A stretch of DNA of 64,000 nt from the NCBI GenBank assembly GCA_964658305.1, contig OZ210885.1, positions 15,252,001 through 15,316,000 on the forward strand. The letters are read 5' to 3'. Shown here piece after piece: positions 24,268 through 38,281 of this stretch (its first letter is position 1; every line of letters starts with the position of its first letter). Origin of the DNA: Leptogorgia sarmentosa (Eukaryota). The translations under genes were made by a program, and so were the position numbers. The notes below the pieces were generated by a model that saw only the letters and a program-made list of their open reading frames with translations, did no database searches and was not told the origin of the DNA.

Positions 24268-27200
24268 TGTCGCGGTATGATTTTGTTTTTTAGTGCTCTT
24301 CTTTTTATAACACATTTCCTCCGGTTATTTTCCCGAGGTTATTCCTGAGGTTATTAAAGATTTTAGACATTCAGGATGAGAATTAAATGTTATTATATAG
24401 AATTTGCGTCTAAGATAAACTTCCTCCCCGCGTATCATACGTTGAAATAAGTAACGGATGTGGTAGAAATTTTCGAAGAAACTAAGTCAATCATCATCTC
24501 CCTTCACAAAATGATTGCATCCCGATGTTGTATTGGTAACAACAAAACATATTCAGTCGCAGGAACACATTCTCGCAAAATGAGAACAACACTACTTTTT
24601 TGCATATATTATTATCATTCCCGAGGTTATTCCTAAGGTTATCATTCCCGAGGTTATTCCTGCGGTTATCATTCCCGAGGTTATTCCTGCGGTTATTTTT
24701 TCCTACGGTTATTTTAAAGGGTTCTGTAGGTATATAAAATGCAGCGAGAATTAGTTTTGTTAAACAAGTATGGAGTCTGCTGAATGGGAGTGGGGACATA
24801 CAAATGACTCGTGGATATGGGATGTGCCCGATCCACAAAATGGCATCGAAAATGAATGGGAGTGGGGAGACTCTAACGACTCGTGGGATTTACAATATGG
24901 GGAAAAAAAGAGGAAAGCCGATGACGACGAAGTTAGCACCCCTGAAAAGTTTTACACAATTAACGAAGTTCGCAAGTAAAGGCGAAAAAGTATCGTACAA
25001 CCGCCGTGGATTATTCTGTCCACTTTAATGATCTGGAAGATCTCTTCAACTAATCTGAACCCTTCAATCCGAACCCTTCAAGACACCCTCAACATAACCC
25101 CAACCCAATCCTTAATCTGACCCTAATCAATCAAATCCGAACCCTTCAAGACACCCTCAACATAACCCCAACCCAATCCTTAATATGACCCTAACCAATC
25201 AAATCCGACCCCTTCAAGACACCCTCGACATAACCCTGACCCAATCCTCAATCTGACCCCAACCAATCAAATCCGAACCCTTAAATACACCCTAGGCATA
25301 ACCCCACCCAATCCTTAATCTGACCCTAACCAATCAAATCCGAACCCTTAAAGACACCCACGACATAACCCCAACCCAATCCTTAATCTGACCCTCGACT
25401 GCCCTGTTCCCACCTTACAACAACCCGTTGCAATAAATCAGGCCCCCACTGTATTCGGACATCACGTCACCTCGCACTTCATTCAAGCCCCAGGGTAAAC
25501 ATTTACATACCACGCGGCAAGCAAATGTAGGCGCAATCCTTTCCAACTCTAAGTACCAAAGAGCAAAGACAAACCAAGAGGAGCCCTCTCCTAAAAGCCA
25601 AAAAAAAGCCCAACAAGAGCCACCGCAGCCACCAGTACAAAGAACGAATCAAGTAGGATCAACATGTTTCTAATTTACCCGTTATCACAGATAACAAACA
25701 TAATTATTTTGCCATCTATCATACCGACACAGCGGGATAACCCGACAAACAAACAGCCATTCATCCTTCCAAACCACTATGTCAAACCACCTACCACTCA
25801 TCCACCAAAAGTAAATACACTCACACACCAACCACATTGTGTTAAACCTGCGAGCACGTCTTCCAAGACCAGATAGCAGGTTAGAAACGTGCTTTCCCAG
25901 TTATGCTTGGGGCCTGATGAAACATAACTAGGAGTTTTCAACGAAAACCAAGGGACAGGGCCCGGTGATAATTGGCACTCACACAAAACACCACTATAAA
26001 ACCGGGTTTTGTCAGTATACACATAATACAATTCGTTTTAATACAATTCCTTTTAATGTAACTCGTTTTAATACCATTCCTTTTAATGTAATTCATTCTA
26101 ATATAATTCACATGATTACAACCTTGCATCCTACCATAACCTTCAACCCTGTCCACCATCAAACTCAATCACAACCACACTCATCACATTCCATGGTGCC
26201 ACCCATCGATCCACAACCTCAATGAGGACACAACTATTTGAACCACAGTCCAGGATCCGAATACCTGCAAAAAAAACACTGTATTATTTAACAACCGCCA
26301 CAAAATGAGTATGAGCGTACACAGCAAATTTTTGAGCAATTGCTTAACGACGTTACGGAAGGAATGAGGGAAAGCGATTTGGTTCGTTTTGTTTTGCCCA
26401 AGGATCAACTGGACAAACCCATTTCGCTACCGTTTATGCCCGTTTCGCGACTTACACCTGAACGTGTTTTTTCTCAGATCGAACGTGTTGTACAATCTAA
26501 ACAGGAGTTGCGCCTAAACGAGTCGGCCATTGTTGACATTGTTCATGTCGAGATGCCTAACGGTAGTGGGCACGAAAAACGCAATAATATTGATTTATTG
26601 AGTTATTTACAAAACAAAAGATCGATAGTGACCATTAAAAACAAAGACGATTTGTGTTTGGCTAGAGCTTTTGTGGTTGCTATTGCAAAAATTGACAAAG
26701 ACAAAAGGTATAAGCTCTTAGCCGACTCGCGTAGACTGGTGCAGGGAAATGCTGCATGGGAGCTGCATCAAAAAGTAGGTGTTCCTATAGGGTCATGTGG
26801 GATTCCCGAAGTGAAACAGTTCCAAAAATATTTGACGGGGTATGAGATTAACATTGTCTCTATGGAAGATGGAAACACCATTATACACCCAGCGCAACCT
26901 GTTGTTACAGAAACGAAACACATTTATTTGTACTTACACAATAATCACTACGACGTTATCACATCAATGCCGGGTTTTTTTAAGCCGGGGGAATTTTTGC
27001 CATATGTCCAGAAAACCCTATGATAATGCGGTGGATCAATTATGCGATAGTATGTGCAAAATGTGTCGTGGTTTGGAATGTTCCTTTATTGACCCCAGAA
27101 GTTGTACGGACTGTAAAAGAATGTTTAAAAATCAAGCGTGTTATGACAGACACAAGGAACCCATAGGCAATGTCAGCAAGGGAAGAAGTGTTTGAAATGT

Positions 27201-27833
27201 GGCAAATCAATGAGAATACACAAATTACCGGGTCACCTATGTCAAAAAACAAAATGTAGAACATGTAAAGAGCTTGTTGACGATAAAGATACACATTTTT
27301 GTTACATGAAGAAACCCGAGGAAAGAAAGATGGAGGAAAGTGAAATGGAGGAAAGCGAGATGGGGAAGCAAAGCGGATACGATTCAACTGTTCTTTTTTG
27401 ATTACGAGTGTCGACAAGAAGACAGAATCCACGAACCAAATTTATGTATTGTTCAAAACGAAACGGGGGACGAATGGAGTTTTTCTGGAGAAAATACAAA
27501 TTTGGAATTTTGCAAATGGTTGTTGACAAAAGAACATAAGAATTGTGTGTTTATAGCCCATAACTTTCAGGGGTATGATGGATATTTTATTCAAAATTAT
27601 TTGAACAAGAATGGAGTGATGTATGATGTTATCATGAGCGGTGCCAAGATTTTAACACTGACAGTTCCTATGCTTAAAGGCCGTTTTCCACTAGGCGGAA
27701 TTTTGCGCGCGGAGAGAAAATTTGCGATCGAAAATTTTCGAGAGGAAACTTTGTTTGATTTCCACATAGATGGCCATTACGAGCGGAAAATGTTGAAATT
27801 AAAAGGCAGGAAAATCAAATCTTGAAAATAAAG

Positions 27834-29163
27834 ATGGCGGCAACAAACCAAAAACAACTACGAAAGTTAATAGTATTACTTGTGCTTCGCAGGAGACTAC
27901 GCAGAAAAAATGAAAAGTATAAGAAGCGCTTTTGGACGCGAAGAATATATCAAGAACGCAATTTAAAGGAAGAATATCACCAATTAATCAAAGAAATGAT
28001 GCTTTTTGATCACAAATACTTCTTTCGGTGTTTTAGAATGGTGCCAGAGACTTTTGAAAAGCTTCTTTCCTGGATTTCTCCTTATATACAGAAAAAAAAC
28101 AACTAAAATGCGAGATCCCGTTTCACCGAGTGAAAGATTATCTGTTACTTTGCGGTATCTAGTTACGGGTGATGAACAAACTAGTATAGCAGCTAGTTAT
28201 CGCATTAGCCCTTCTACTGTAGGAAGAATTATTGGAGAAACGTGCAAGGTTCTTTGGCGAGTTTTGATCGAAAATGGTTACTTAGCTGCACCAAGTACAA
28301 AAGAACACTGGAAGAAAATCGCTAGGAAGTTTGAAACAAAATGGAATTTTCCACATGCACTAGGTGCGATCGATGGGAAACACGTAGTAATTCAGGCACC
28401 TGCACGTTCTGGATCTGATTACTTTAATTATAAAAAGACACATAGTGTTGTGCTTTTAGCGGTCTGCAATGCAGACTATGAATTTACACTTGTAGACATT
28501 GGCGATGCTGGTAGACAGAGTGATGGCAGTGTCTATGCAAATAGCTTTCTTGGCCATGCCATAGATAATAATCTATTGCAACTCCCTGAGGCTGAAAAGC
28601 TGGATGAATCTAATCCTTCAAACAAAACTTACCCTTACGTATTTGTCGCTGACGATGCTTTTGGCCTCAAGACGTATATGATGAAGCCTTGCCCAGGTCA
28701 GAACTTAACTCTCGATGAAAGAGTGTTCAATTATAGACTATCAAGGGCAAGGCGCATTATTGAAAATTGCTTTGGAGTAGCAACATCACGTTTTCGAGTT
28801 TTTCGAAAACCTATCATTGCTAATGTTGAGAAAGTCGTAGATATTACCAAAGCGGTTGTTGTTTTGCACAATTTTTTAATGGCAACAAGATCTCCAGAAG
28901 ATACCCACAGTTACTGCCCCCTTAACTATACAGACCATGAATCAGCAGCTGGTCAACAAACTGGAGAATGGAGGAGGGAGGAAAATACCAATGAAGGAAT
29001 GGTCCCTATTCCTCGGATGGGCTCAAATAACTATTCTAAGTCAGCCAAAGATGCTCGTGATGACTTCAAGGAATATTTCAATTCTCAGCAGGGAGCTGTC
29101 AGCTGGCAAATGGATATGGTAACGCGAACCTTACATGCATTTGACAAACAGATTCAATTATAA
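27834..29163 (+). pseudogene. Harbinger DDE transposase (HARBI1-like), one frameshift in a poly-A run near 28095
   Basis: LRYLVTG, GAIDGKH, YFNYK, DAGRQSD, VADDAF, FNYRLSRARRIIENCFG and LHNF. Confidence 0.92.
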
Positions 29164-29293
29164 TAAATTAAAGTACTGCTTTCTTTGTTTCTTACTGAAA
29201 CGTACAGCAACTAAAACATAACGAGATTTTAACTCTAAACATATGAGTGTTCAATTGTTTTTAGGTGAAGTCACTCTGTTTTAATGGAACTGG

Positions 29294-30828
29294 TTACATT
29301 AACTGTTCATCATTAAATTCCAGATCAAACAACAACTGATTTATTTTTATCTTGGCAAGCCTATTTTGTCTTGCTGGCATCTTCTTAAGTAATGGTACAA
29401 GGCTCTGACAAAACAACATGTCTTCGTCATTATCAACAACACTGGTTGATTTAGATGAGGGATCCTGCATATCTTGCAATGTTTTTACCAACAGTGTATC
29501 AACAGCAAATGCCATTTCAGCTCTTGATTTACTTCGCTTCGCGGGCGTGTATGGAATAATTTCACTTTCTGCTTTATTCTTTCCTGGTGCAGAGCTTGAA
29601 CTTCCCTTTGTTAATGTTGACGTTGCAGTTGTACTGTTGGAGCAAGGCAATGACTGGGTAGTTACAGCAGATGCAGGATTGTCTGTAAGCTGTGTATCTT
29701 CTACTTCGATTGCTTGTGTCAAATTGCTCTCTGTAGGCTTGTTACTTACTTTGCAGTGAAGAAAACTTAACTGATCAAAATACTTGCATGTAGGCAACTT
29801 TGATGCAGCTGCACCTGACTTAAAAGCTTTGGATCTTCTATCGAGGCACTTCTTCAAATTATCTTTTAAATATTTCAACTGAGTCTTTAAGAAATCAACT
29901 GCAAATACAATAAGAACTTCAATGGGTAAATAAATTACATGTATTGGCTTGTGTTATTAATTAAATTGTTTCAACTATATAAAATTCTTACCATCTTTAT
30001 TAAATATTTTGGAAATTATCATCCATGCATTTTGTTTGGCATTTCTGTCTTTATAGGTAGATAGAGATGTATTCCACAGACACCCAAGTTTCCGAACTTC
30101 TTCGATAAATAGCTCAACATCAAAATCAGTTGACACTTCTTCCTTTTCACTAGCTTCTATGTTGGCCAAAGTTGTTTCACTTGACTCTGTTGCTTGGTTG
30201 CCTATCAAATATTTTTATACAAAATAAGATGCTTAATTTTACAATATAAGGAATTCTAAACAAGCTTAACCAGAATAACCATACTGATTATGAATAACAT
30301 GAATAAATGGCAACTAATAACTAATATGAATGGCAAGTGAATAATTTTGTATATTTGTCTAATGTGATTCCAATCCAATACAAGTTTCATTACTGTATTT
30401 AATATAAGAATCCTGTGTTGTATTTATGTGACATGCTTTCAGATTATTAATTTATTATAATTTATAGCAAATAACAGGGCTTAGGAGTTTATTTACTTAT
30501 AGGACTCCACATCTTCAATTCAAAATCAAAGAACAAAATCAATAAAAAGAGTCAATGAAAACATGAAATAAAGAAGTATATAAAAAGATGTATTTCTGAA
30601 ATATAAGAGAGTACATGTAATAATATATGAAAGAGAATTTGATGCAAACCTTGTTCTACTGGCATTGTAGTTTTTGATATACTTTGAGCTTGAGTAACCG
30701 ATTCTTCATCTAATGCATTGAGTTCCTGTTGTTTTTGTTGTGACTGGCGAAGAAGCTCTTTCAAGGAGTTTATACGCGAAGTATAAAATCTTGCCTTTGC
30801 GCTTCCCGCTTCACTCATGTTGTCGGCC
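29294..30828 (-). CDS. Harbinger MADF/Myb-type DNA-binding protein (spliced)
   Basis: Exons LFIEEVRKLGCLWN...KQNAW and KYFDQLSFL, C-terminal DEDMLFCQSL..L...QNRLAKIKINQLL (BESS-like). Confidence 0.8.
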
Positions 30829-33800
30829 ATGTTGTTTTTTGTCAAACGAAATCGTGGAAAGCGGAAAATGTCGGATTGTGTTCAACTTCCAAGCGAAAAC
30901 GATTGGCGCCAATCGCAAAAATAAAAAGAATACTGCGCATGCTCAAATACAATTCCCAGGCGGAAAACACATTCCGCGCGCAAAATTCTGCCTAGTGGAA
31001 AACGGCCTTAACATACGATTTATTGACTCGTTAAATTTCATTCCTATGGGTCTCGCTAAATTCCCAAAGACCTTTGGGTTGGATGAATTACGTAAAGGAT
31101 ATTTTCCTCACTTGTTCAATAAGAAGGAGAATCAGAATTATGTCGGACTCATTCTGTGCGAACAATACTATAATCCAAATGAAATGACCCCAAAAAATCG
31201 CGAAGCCTTCCAGAAATGGCACAAAGAGCAAAGAAGCAATAATGTAGTGTTTGATTTTGTCAAAGAGATCACCGAGTACTGTAGATCCGATGTGGATATT
31301 TTGAGACGTAGCTGTATGGAGTTTCGTGAATTGTTTCGAAATAGTACAGGAATCAATCCGTTTGAGAAATGTCTAACGATTGCCAGCACGTGTCAACTGG
31401 TTTACCGTACCAACTTTTTGAAAGAAAACACAATTGCAATTTTAAATTCCGATCGTCATCTGAAAATGAAGCAATCCAACACAGCCCTGAAGTGGTTATC
31501 GTCTGTGTCTGAGAAAGAGGGTATTTGTATTGAACATGTCAGGAATGGTGGAGAGAAGCGGGGTAGGCAAGTATTCCCTGGATGGGTATCATCAAGAATC
31601 AAATACCGCATACGAATTTCAAGGATGTCTTTGGCATGGTAAGTAGTTTACAAAAATAATGAAATGTGTGTACTTTTTTTCTTAACCATGTTATTTTTTA
31701 GGGTGTTCAACATGCTATGCGCGTAATACTGTGAATCCTGTAAACGGAAAGACCATGCAAACTCTATATGAAGCCACAATAGAGAAAGTTTGCTATCTCA
31801 GAGAACAAGGTTTCAATATCATGGAAATGTGGGAATGTGATTTGAAGAAAGAGCTGGAGGAGAATGAAAAGATACGCCATTATTTCGAAGAGTACGATCT
31901 TGTTGATTCGCTTCAACCACGTGATGCATTTTTTGGTGGTCGTACGAATGCTGCTAAACTATTCCACCAATGTGAAGGCGAAGAAAAAATAAGGTTAGAA
32001 AAGGTTGTTGTGTATTTTTTTGTTTTTTACTATTTAAAAAATGTGTTTTTTAGATATGCGGATTTTACAAGCCTGTATCCCTGCTGTAACAAATCAACAA
32101 GAATGGTAGTAGGGTATCCTGAAATTATTACCGAGAATTTTCAGGACATTTCAACATACTTCGGCCTAATAAAATGCACCGTGTTACCACCCCGGGGATT
32201 GTTTCATCCTGTTCTACCTTATCGTACTCCTGGTAAATTAACATTCCCATTATGCAAGGCGTGTGTTGATGCCATTAATAAGACTATGTGTACCCATTCC
32301 GATGAAGAAAGAGCTATTCTAGGCACATGGTGTCATGTGGAATTACTAAAGGCAATAGAGAAAGGCTACCCGATTCTACGTCTACACGAGGTGTGGCATT
32401 TTCCTGAACAATCCAGCGAGTTATTAAAAGAGTATGTGGACACTTTCTTAAAAATTAAGCAGGAAGCCAGCGGCTACCCGAAAGATTGCACCAGCAGAAG
32501 CGAACCTACGTGGCCGAGTATTTGGAGCACGAGGGAATTGCATTGGATCCAGAAAAGATTACACACAATCCAGGCTTGCGCGCTTTAGCCAAACTCATGC
32601 TAAACTCATTTTGGGGTAAGTGGTATTGCTTTTTTATATTTTGGGGTAATTGTATTTTTGTTTTAGGCAAATTTGGGCAACGAGGTAATTTATGTAAGAC
32701 GGAAATGATAACGGAACCACAAAAATATTATGACCTTTTGACCTCCGACGAATTGGAAGTATCCAACGCCCGAATAGTCAGTGACAACATGGTTAAAGTA
32801 CAGTACAAAAGTGTCGGCGACTTTGAGGAACCAAATAGCAAAGCGAATGTAGTTGTTGCTGCTTTCACTACGGCGTATGCACATTTAAAACTTTACGACT
32901 TATTGGACCTGTTGCAAGAACGGGTACTTTACTACGATACCGATTCTGTTATATATGTGTCCAAACCCGGTAAACCAGAACCACCTATTGAAAATTATCT
33001 GGGTGACTTAACCGACGAGTTAGACAGAGATTATATCACCACGTTTATGTCAGGAGGTCCGAAGAATTACGCATACATACTATAGTGCTGGAGGAAAATC
33101 AGAAACGAAAGTGCGGGGTATTACCTTGAATCATACAACGCAACAAAAGATAAATCCCGACGTCATTCACGCACTTGTGTACTTAAACGTGGGGTGTAAT
33201 GCTGAAGCAAAAGTTACGATTAATATCCCATTCAAAATCACACGGGATAAGAAGGAAAAAAACATTGTGACAAAGAAAATGAAGAAGGATTACTGCATTG
33301 TATATGACAAACGCATTATTGTAGAAAACTATAAAACATTACCCTATGCATTTTAGTGTAAAAATATTTATTAAACACTGTTTTTAAACACAACCTATTG
33401 TCTTTCTTTCGGAAGCATGTGTCGGTACTTTTCTGGACACTTTTCCCAAAAACCACCGTCTTTTAAACTAAGATCCCCATACTTTGCGATTGTTCGCTTT
33501 AGTTGTTCGCATTTGGGATGAGAATTAACGGCCAAGGTGTAGTAATTCTCTTACCATCGGATTTGTTCCCTCTTTATCATACGATGAAATAACTGAGGGA
33601 TAGAGTAGAAACCTTTGAAGAAGTTGTGTATGTCATCATCTCCATTTACGAAATGTTCGTTTCCCGTTGTTTTGTTGGTAATAAGAAAGTATTTTCCATC
33701 ACAGAAACACATTCTTAGCTCTCTTCTTTACAAATGAAATGAAATGAACGCTTTTTTCTTTTATATATTATATTCCCGTGGTTATTTTTTCCTATTGTTA

Positions 33801-33860
33801 TTTTCCTGAGGTTTTTCATATAAGTAGGTGTGATGTAAATAATAAAATTTTATTTACACA

Positions 33861-34373
33861 ATGGATGTGACAGTTGATGAGCTTCGTAAGAATGCTATTG
33901 ATATTGACAAAACAACGCTGTCTTATTTTATTAATAAACTGTACTACGACAATCAAAATGTGTATGGGCATTTTTAAAATAAACTTTCGTATGAAGATTT
34001 GTTTATGGCATGGGAACAACTACGCCCCAATTTGTTTGGTCATGTGATGGCTTTTCTGACTACAGTACATTTTCATGATCTTAGCGATGAACAAAAGCGC
34101 AATGTGGTACGACTTACGGTCCCAATTCTGAAAAACATTAACTTATCGGAGTACAAAAGAGAAAAAGAATATATGTGGGACAGATACACATTGGTACGAA
34201 ATACTATGCATCGATATGTATGTCGACACATGGACCCGATGCTATGCTACTGTTACATTATCGCAAACGTTATTGGTCTGATAGTAAAAAGATGGAAAAT
34301 ATGGGAAAAAGTACAAAATACAGTACGTGATTTGTACTATAAAGTACGATACCATAACGGATTCGGGATATAA
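33861..34373 (+). pseudogene. Polinton hypothetical gene (frameshifted)
   Basis: ATG at 33861 after a GGTTATT motif cluster; continues in ORF 33999-34373. Confidence 0.45.
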
Positions 34374-34414
34374 GAAACGTATACACGTTTTGAAAATGGT
34401 ATTTACACATTGAC

Positions 34415-35029
34415 ATGATGGATGTAAGGTTCAAAGTACCAGCGAATTTTTACGTATCGGGACTAAGTCAAAGAGGAAAATTGTTTCTGGTCCGCAAATT
34501 ACTAAAACATTCTAACGAATTATTTCACCCTGTTCCTACAAAGATCATTTATTGTTATGGGGAGTATCAAAAAGAGTTTGAGGAACTACAAAATGTGGAT
34601 TTGGTTGAAGGATTTCCGTCGAATTTGGATGACTTAACTTCAATTGTTGCGTTGGATGATCTTATGGGAGAATGTTCAAAAGATCAGCACGTCTCCGATT
34701 TATTTACACGAGGATCTCATCATAAAGGCATTTCTGTATTGTATCTTACACAGAACCTATTTCCACCAGGAAAATTATCAAGAACCATTAGTTTAAATTG
34801 TCATTACATTTTTGTGTTTAAAAATCCGCGTGATTCTCTTGGAATTGCAACCCTGGCTAAACAGATGTATCCTAGACAGAGCAATTTTTTGGTGGATTCC
34901 TTTCATGATGCTACGAAACAACCACATAGTTATTTACTCATTGATTGTCATCCACAAACTCCGTAAAAAATACAATTACGTACAAATATTTTACCTGGAG
35001 AAAGACAAATCGTGTATATAAAGAAGTAA
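34415..35029 (+). pseudogene. A32/FtsK-like packaging ATPase
   Basis: Degenerate Walker A (SGLSQRGK), Walker B (ALDDLM), FTRGSHH, LTQNLF and SLNCHY.FVFKNPRD; premature stop at 34964. Confidence 0.9.
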
Positions 35030-35073
35030 AAAACAAAGCATATACTCATTTGCGTGATACATAATGTACGATA

Positions 35074-35475
35074 ATGACATCAAGAAACATTACGGTATTT
35101 GTTACCGGTGGTACAAAGAAATTAACATTAGATGAACCTTTCTTAACACGTTATGGTACTACAATACAACTAAAACGAGCAACAGTTTTTTGGAAGTTCA
35201 AAAATATTACATCTACAAATAACAAATTCAGTATTGGTGGTGTTGAAAAGGAGCTTGATGTGGAGTATTGGGATTTTGAACTTATTAAAGAAGGATTGGT
35301 AGGAGATAAAATCAATCTCACAGCAAACGTGCACAATAATACGTGCGATGTCGAAAATAAGTCGGAAGCTACCGTAAACTTAAAAAACTTTGGAGAACTA
35401 TTGGGATTTCCTACTGATAAAAGCATAGCTAAAGATGCAATTACCAAATCACCAAAAGCAGTTGGTGGATGTTGA
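35074..35475 (+). CDS. Polinton hypothetical protein (beta-rich, possibly minor-capsid-like, truncated)
   Basis: ORF directly after the ATPase; function not recognisable with certainty. Confidence 0.4.
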   Translation: MTSRNITVFVTGGTKKLTLDEPFLTRYGTTIQLKRATVFWKFKNITSTNNKFSIGGVEKELDVEYWDFELIKEGLVGDKINLTANVHNNTCDVENKSEATVNLKNFGELLGFPTDKSIAKDAITKSPKAVGGC

Positions 35476-35541
35476 CGTGCTTCTTAACCTCGTTGTGGAT
35501 GGTATAGGAACACCCCTAATGGATACGTAGTCATTTATAGG

Positions 35542-36563
35542 ATGTCTGCGTATGTGAAAAGAGCCCTTCTGCTCCTTCAAGTATTAGCAAAATCAAATCC
35601 ACAAATATGAAACGCTATTCTTCAGCACGCTCCCTCAGATTTGATTAAAGCTATTTCCGAAATTGTTTTAAACGTACTTAAAATGATAAAAATAACCCCA
35701 CGTCAGAAGAAACGTTTGGCTCGCTACAAAAACAAGCTTCGTGACCTATCAAGTAACAAAGTATCGGAGAAAATAAAAAGAAAGTTCCTTAGCCAAAAAG
35801 GTGGTGGTGGCGGGGCAGCCTTGGTGGCAGTACTAGTACCTTTTGGCTATCGCTGCGATAACTGGACGATCATGAAACGTATGGTTTTAATTCCTGAAGA
35901 AAAGCTTATGCAATACGAGCAACAAAAAGGAGGCGCAACGAACCCATATATAAATATTGTACCGTACACACACAATACTGGGTGGGACACGCCACAGTAT
36001 GGTTTTGGAAAAAAATAAGAAAGGGAGTTATCGGACGATGTTATTTTCCGAGGAATTCCAAAGACTATGAGAACACAAACTACTGCCCTTTTGGGACGTT
36101 TGAAAGCAAAACCGGACGTTATTTCGTGGGATAATATGGGTCAAGTCAAAATAGATGGAGTCCTTATTCCGAAATCAAATATCTCGGATCTAATCTCAAG
36201 CGCTATGAGATCACACAAAAACTTTAATCCTGTAGCTTCACAAGAATTCTTTAACATATTAAATAACATAAACGTACCCAAGGATCTTGTGAGAAACGAA
36301 GAAGGGTGGAAAAAGGAACCAATGAAAGGATTTGAGATGCGTAAAAAACCACAAAAAGGAGGTGCCTGTGGATGGGGGGCGGTATCCCTAGGCATAGAAA
36401 GTCTTTTCAACAAAGCTTGAAAAAAATCGGACGATTTACAAAACTACAAAATTGTACGAAGAAAAAAGGGGTGGAGGAAAAATGTAAAGGACAAAAAGGA
36501 CGTGGGAAACGTGAAGAACAAAAACTTTGCAAAATACCCAATTGGGGGTGTTATAAAGGATAA
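35542..36563 (+). pseudogene. Two conserved Polinton/Maverick hypothetical genes (disrupted)
   Basis: LIKAISEIVLNVLK...QKKRLARYK...LSQKGG and MKRMVLIPE...ISWDNMGQVKIDGVLIPKSNISDLI resemble conserved Maverick core ORFs. Confidence 0.65.
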
Positions 36564-36625
36564 CTTTTCCGTAAATAATTATTGTTAAAATGAATAAAAA
36601 ATCTTTTGAAAAGCTGATTTTTTAT

Positions 36626-37129
36626 TTAAAGCAATTTTTTACAACATTCACTAAGCCCACAAATGGGTTTGTTAGTAATATCAAAATACTTTTTAACATA
36701 ACAAGATACGTTTCTATCGTTCAGCAATGTATTGTCTCCGAATATGTTCACAATATCGTTCATACTACGACCACACGCTCTCTGATATAAGTAAAAAATG
36801 CAATATTGCCCACACACTTCAGTCCATGAACTTTGTAATTTTCGTGTATTTCGTTTCCCCTCATAAGGTTCAAAATAAGTTTTAAAAGATTCGTTGTAAT
36901 GTTCAGGTGATTCTCCATAACTATCGAAAAATTCTCCTGTATTGTAAGTGGGAAAGTGAAATACTACCCAATGTGTCCCCGGTTTCGTAGATGGGTCCGT
37001 ATTAGCCACAAATCCACAGGGAAATGTACTTAAGGATTTCGGTAACTGATCGGCTGGAAATACACCACAAAACTTCTTTGATGTTTTGGAATTACGTTCC
37101 AAGGCACGTTCAATCTGTTGAGTATTCAT
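36626..37129 (-). CDS. Adenain-like cysteine protease (virion maturation)
   Basis: NTDPSTKPGTHWV, FFDSYG and LQ...VCGQYC; intact 167-aa ORF. Confidence 0.93.
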   Translation of the reverse strand: MNTQQIERALERNSKTSKKFCGVFPADQLPKSLSTFPCGFVANTDPSTKPGTHWVVFHFPTYNTGEFFDSYGESPEHYNESFKTYFEPYEGKRNTRKLQSSWTEVCGQYCIFYLYQRACGRSMNDIVNIFGDNTLLNDRNVSCYVKKYFDITNKPICGLSECCKKLL

Positions 37130-38213
37130 GACGACATGTCGTACATTACATTTCTTTCACCATCAATTTGTATGATATTTTCAAAATCTCCGTAACATAC
37201 TAACGCAAGAGCAGCTGGTGGTGGGGTGGCGAATGTGATGTCAATTGTCAGCGAACCACATTGCATGGCATTAAAATAGGGAGAGGCACCACAAAAATCG
37301 GGGGTTAGATCAAAGGCATAGAGGGTGTAGCATTTTGGGTAATCTTCTCGGGATATATCGAGCCCCGTGTTGTAATTCATCTTTCCAGTACCAGAGAACA
37401 GAGTACCGAATGCTTGTGTGAAATTTTCTTTGTTTTTTTCGTAATTGAGATTGAATTGCTTGAAGGGTAATTCTTCTCCATTTGCTGTAAGCGTCACCGA
37501 TGATACTTCATAATCCCCCAAATTAAACGGGTTTTCCCCATAACTTCCGTTGTAAGCCGCAGCATCCGTTAGACCAAATACAAACGATTTTGGTATGGTT
37601 CCCGTGAAAATATTATCTTTTCTTATGGACGGAACATTCCCGGCCACGACAAACGCTTTTACATTCAACACGTCGGATAGGGTAAATGGCAGGCACTCGC
37701 TTCAGTGCAACTGCATGTGCTGCTTGAACCGCTTGGCTCACTCTGACTTTACGAACTTTAAGAATAACATCGGTTAACTTCACCTGAGCATTAAGAGGGT
37801 TCTGGTTTTTGTCAATAAGGCAAAACTGATCGGAGCTTCGGTTGAGAATCAATTTAATATCCACCTTATCCAATAGGAGATGATTGCTCATAAACGCGTC
37901 AACAAAAACGGGTTCCTCCATAGTGAGAAGCTTTCCATCCCGTATGAACTGATGTCTTTTGGCGAAACCTTGATTTCCGCTTCCCGGTGCCATAACTTTA
38001 TAACCAGTACCTAGTACGGTTATTGTTTTCTCTGAGGGAAGACTTCCTGAATTATCCATTTCTCCAGAAATGTAATGGGTCCCTCGTCATTCTTGAAAGA
38101 GGATGATAATCGACCCAACGACCTTTTTCCAAGCTTGTTTGCGTGGGCGGAATGTTAAACAAATCAACTTCGGTTTTACTGCAACGTTTTGATTTATCGT
38201 GTACGTAACTCAT
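37126..38213 (-). pseudogene. Major capsid protein (double jelly-roll, PY/hexon-like), internally deleted and frameshifted
   Basis: N-terminus MSYVH...CSKTEVDLFNIPPTQTSLE; AIYPIRRVE; YNGSYGENPFN; YTLYAFDLTPD. Confidence 0.9.
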
Positions 38214-38281
38214 TTTTGAAGACCTCTTCTCTGATTCAACGTCAAACTAAATGTGAGTACTTTTCTATCGTTTTTCTTTAT

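Larger units (their letters stand above)
13895..27113. repeat. 6.6-kb head-to-tail tandem duplication (13895-20523 and 20524-27113)
   Basis: Identical ORFs at offset 6629, then 6590 after a 39-bp VNTR difference; junction at 20524-20528 has TAAAA microhomology. Confidence 0.95.
27678..31008 (+). mobile_element. PIF/Harbinger transposon inserted in pPolB
   Basis: TIR AGGCCGTTTTCCACTAGGCGGAATTTTGCGCGCGGA; TAA TSD; excision restores PML-NIRFIDS. Confidence 0.95.
24770..33356 (+). pseudogene. polB: Protein-primed family B DNA polymerase of the Polinton, with introns, frameshifts and two insertions
   Basis: FFDYEC (ExoI), AHNFQGYDG (ExoII), FIDSLNF, KGYFPH, YCRSDV (ExoIII), YEFQGCLWHGC, DFTSLYP, KLMLNSFWGKFG, YYDTDS, GPKNY and YDKR. 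Confidence 0.95.

Noticed and set aside
30740..31008. N-terminus of the 300-aa ORF as part of pPolB
   Set aside because: Read-through from the Harbinger end; pPolB resumes at about 31009.
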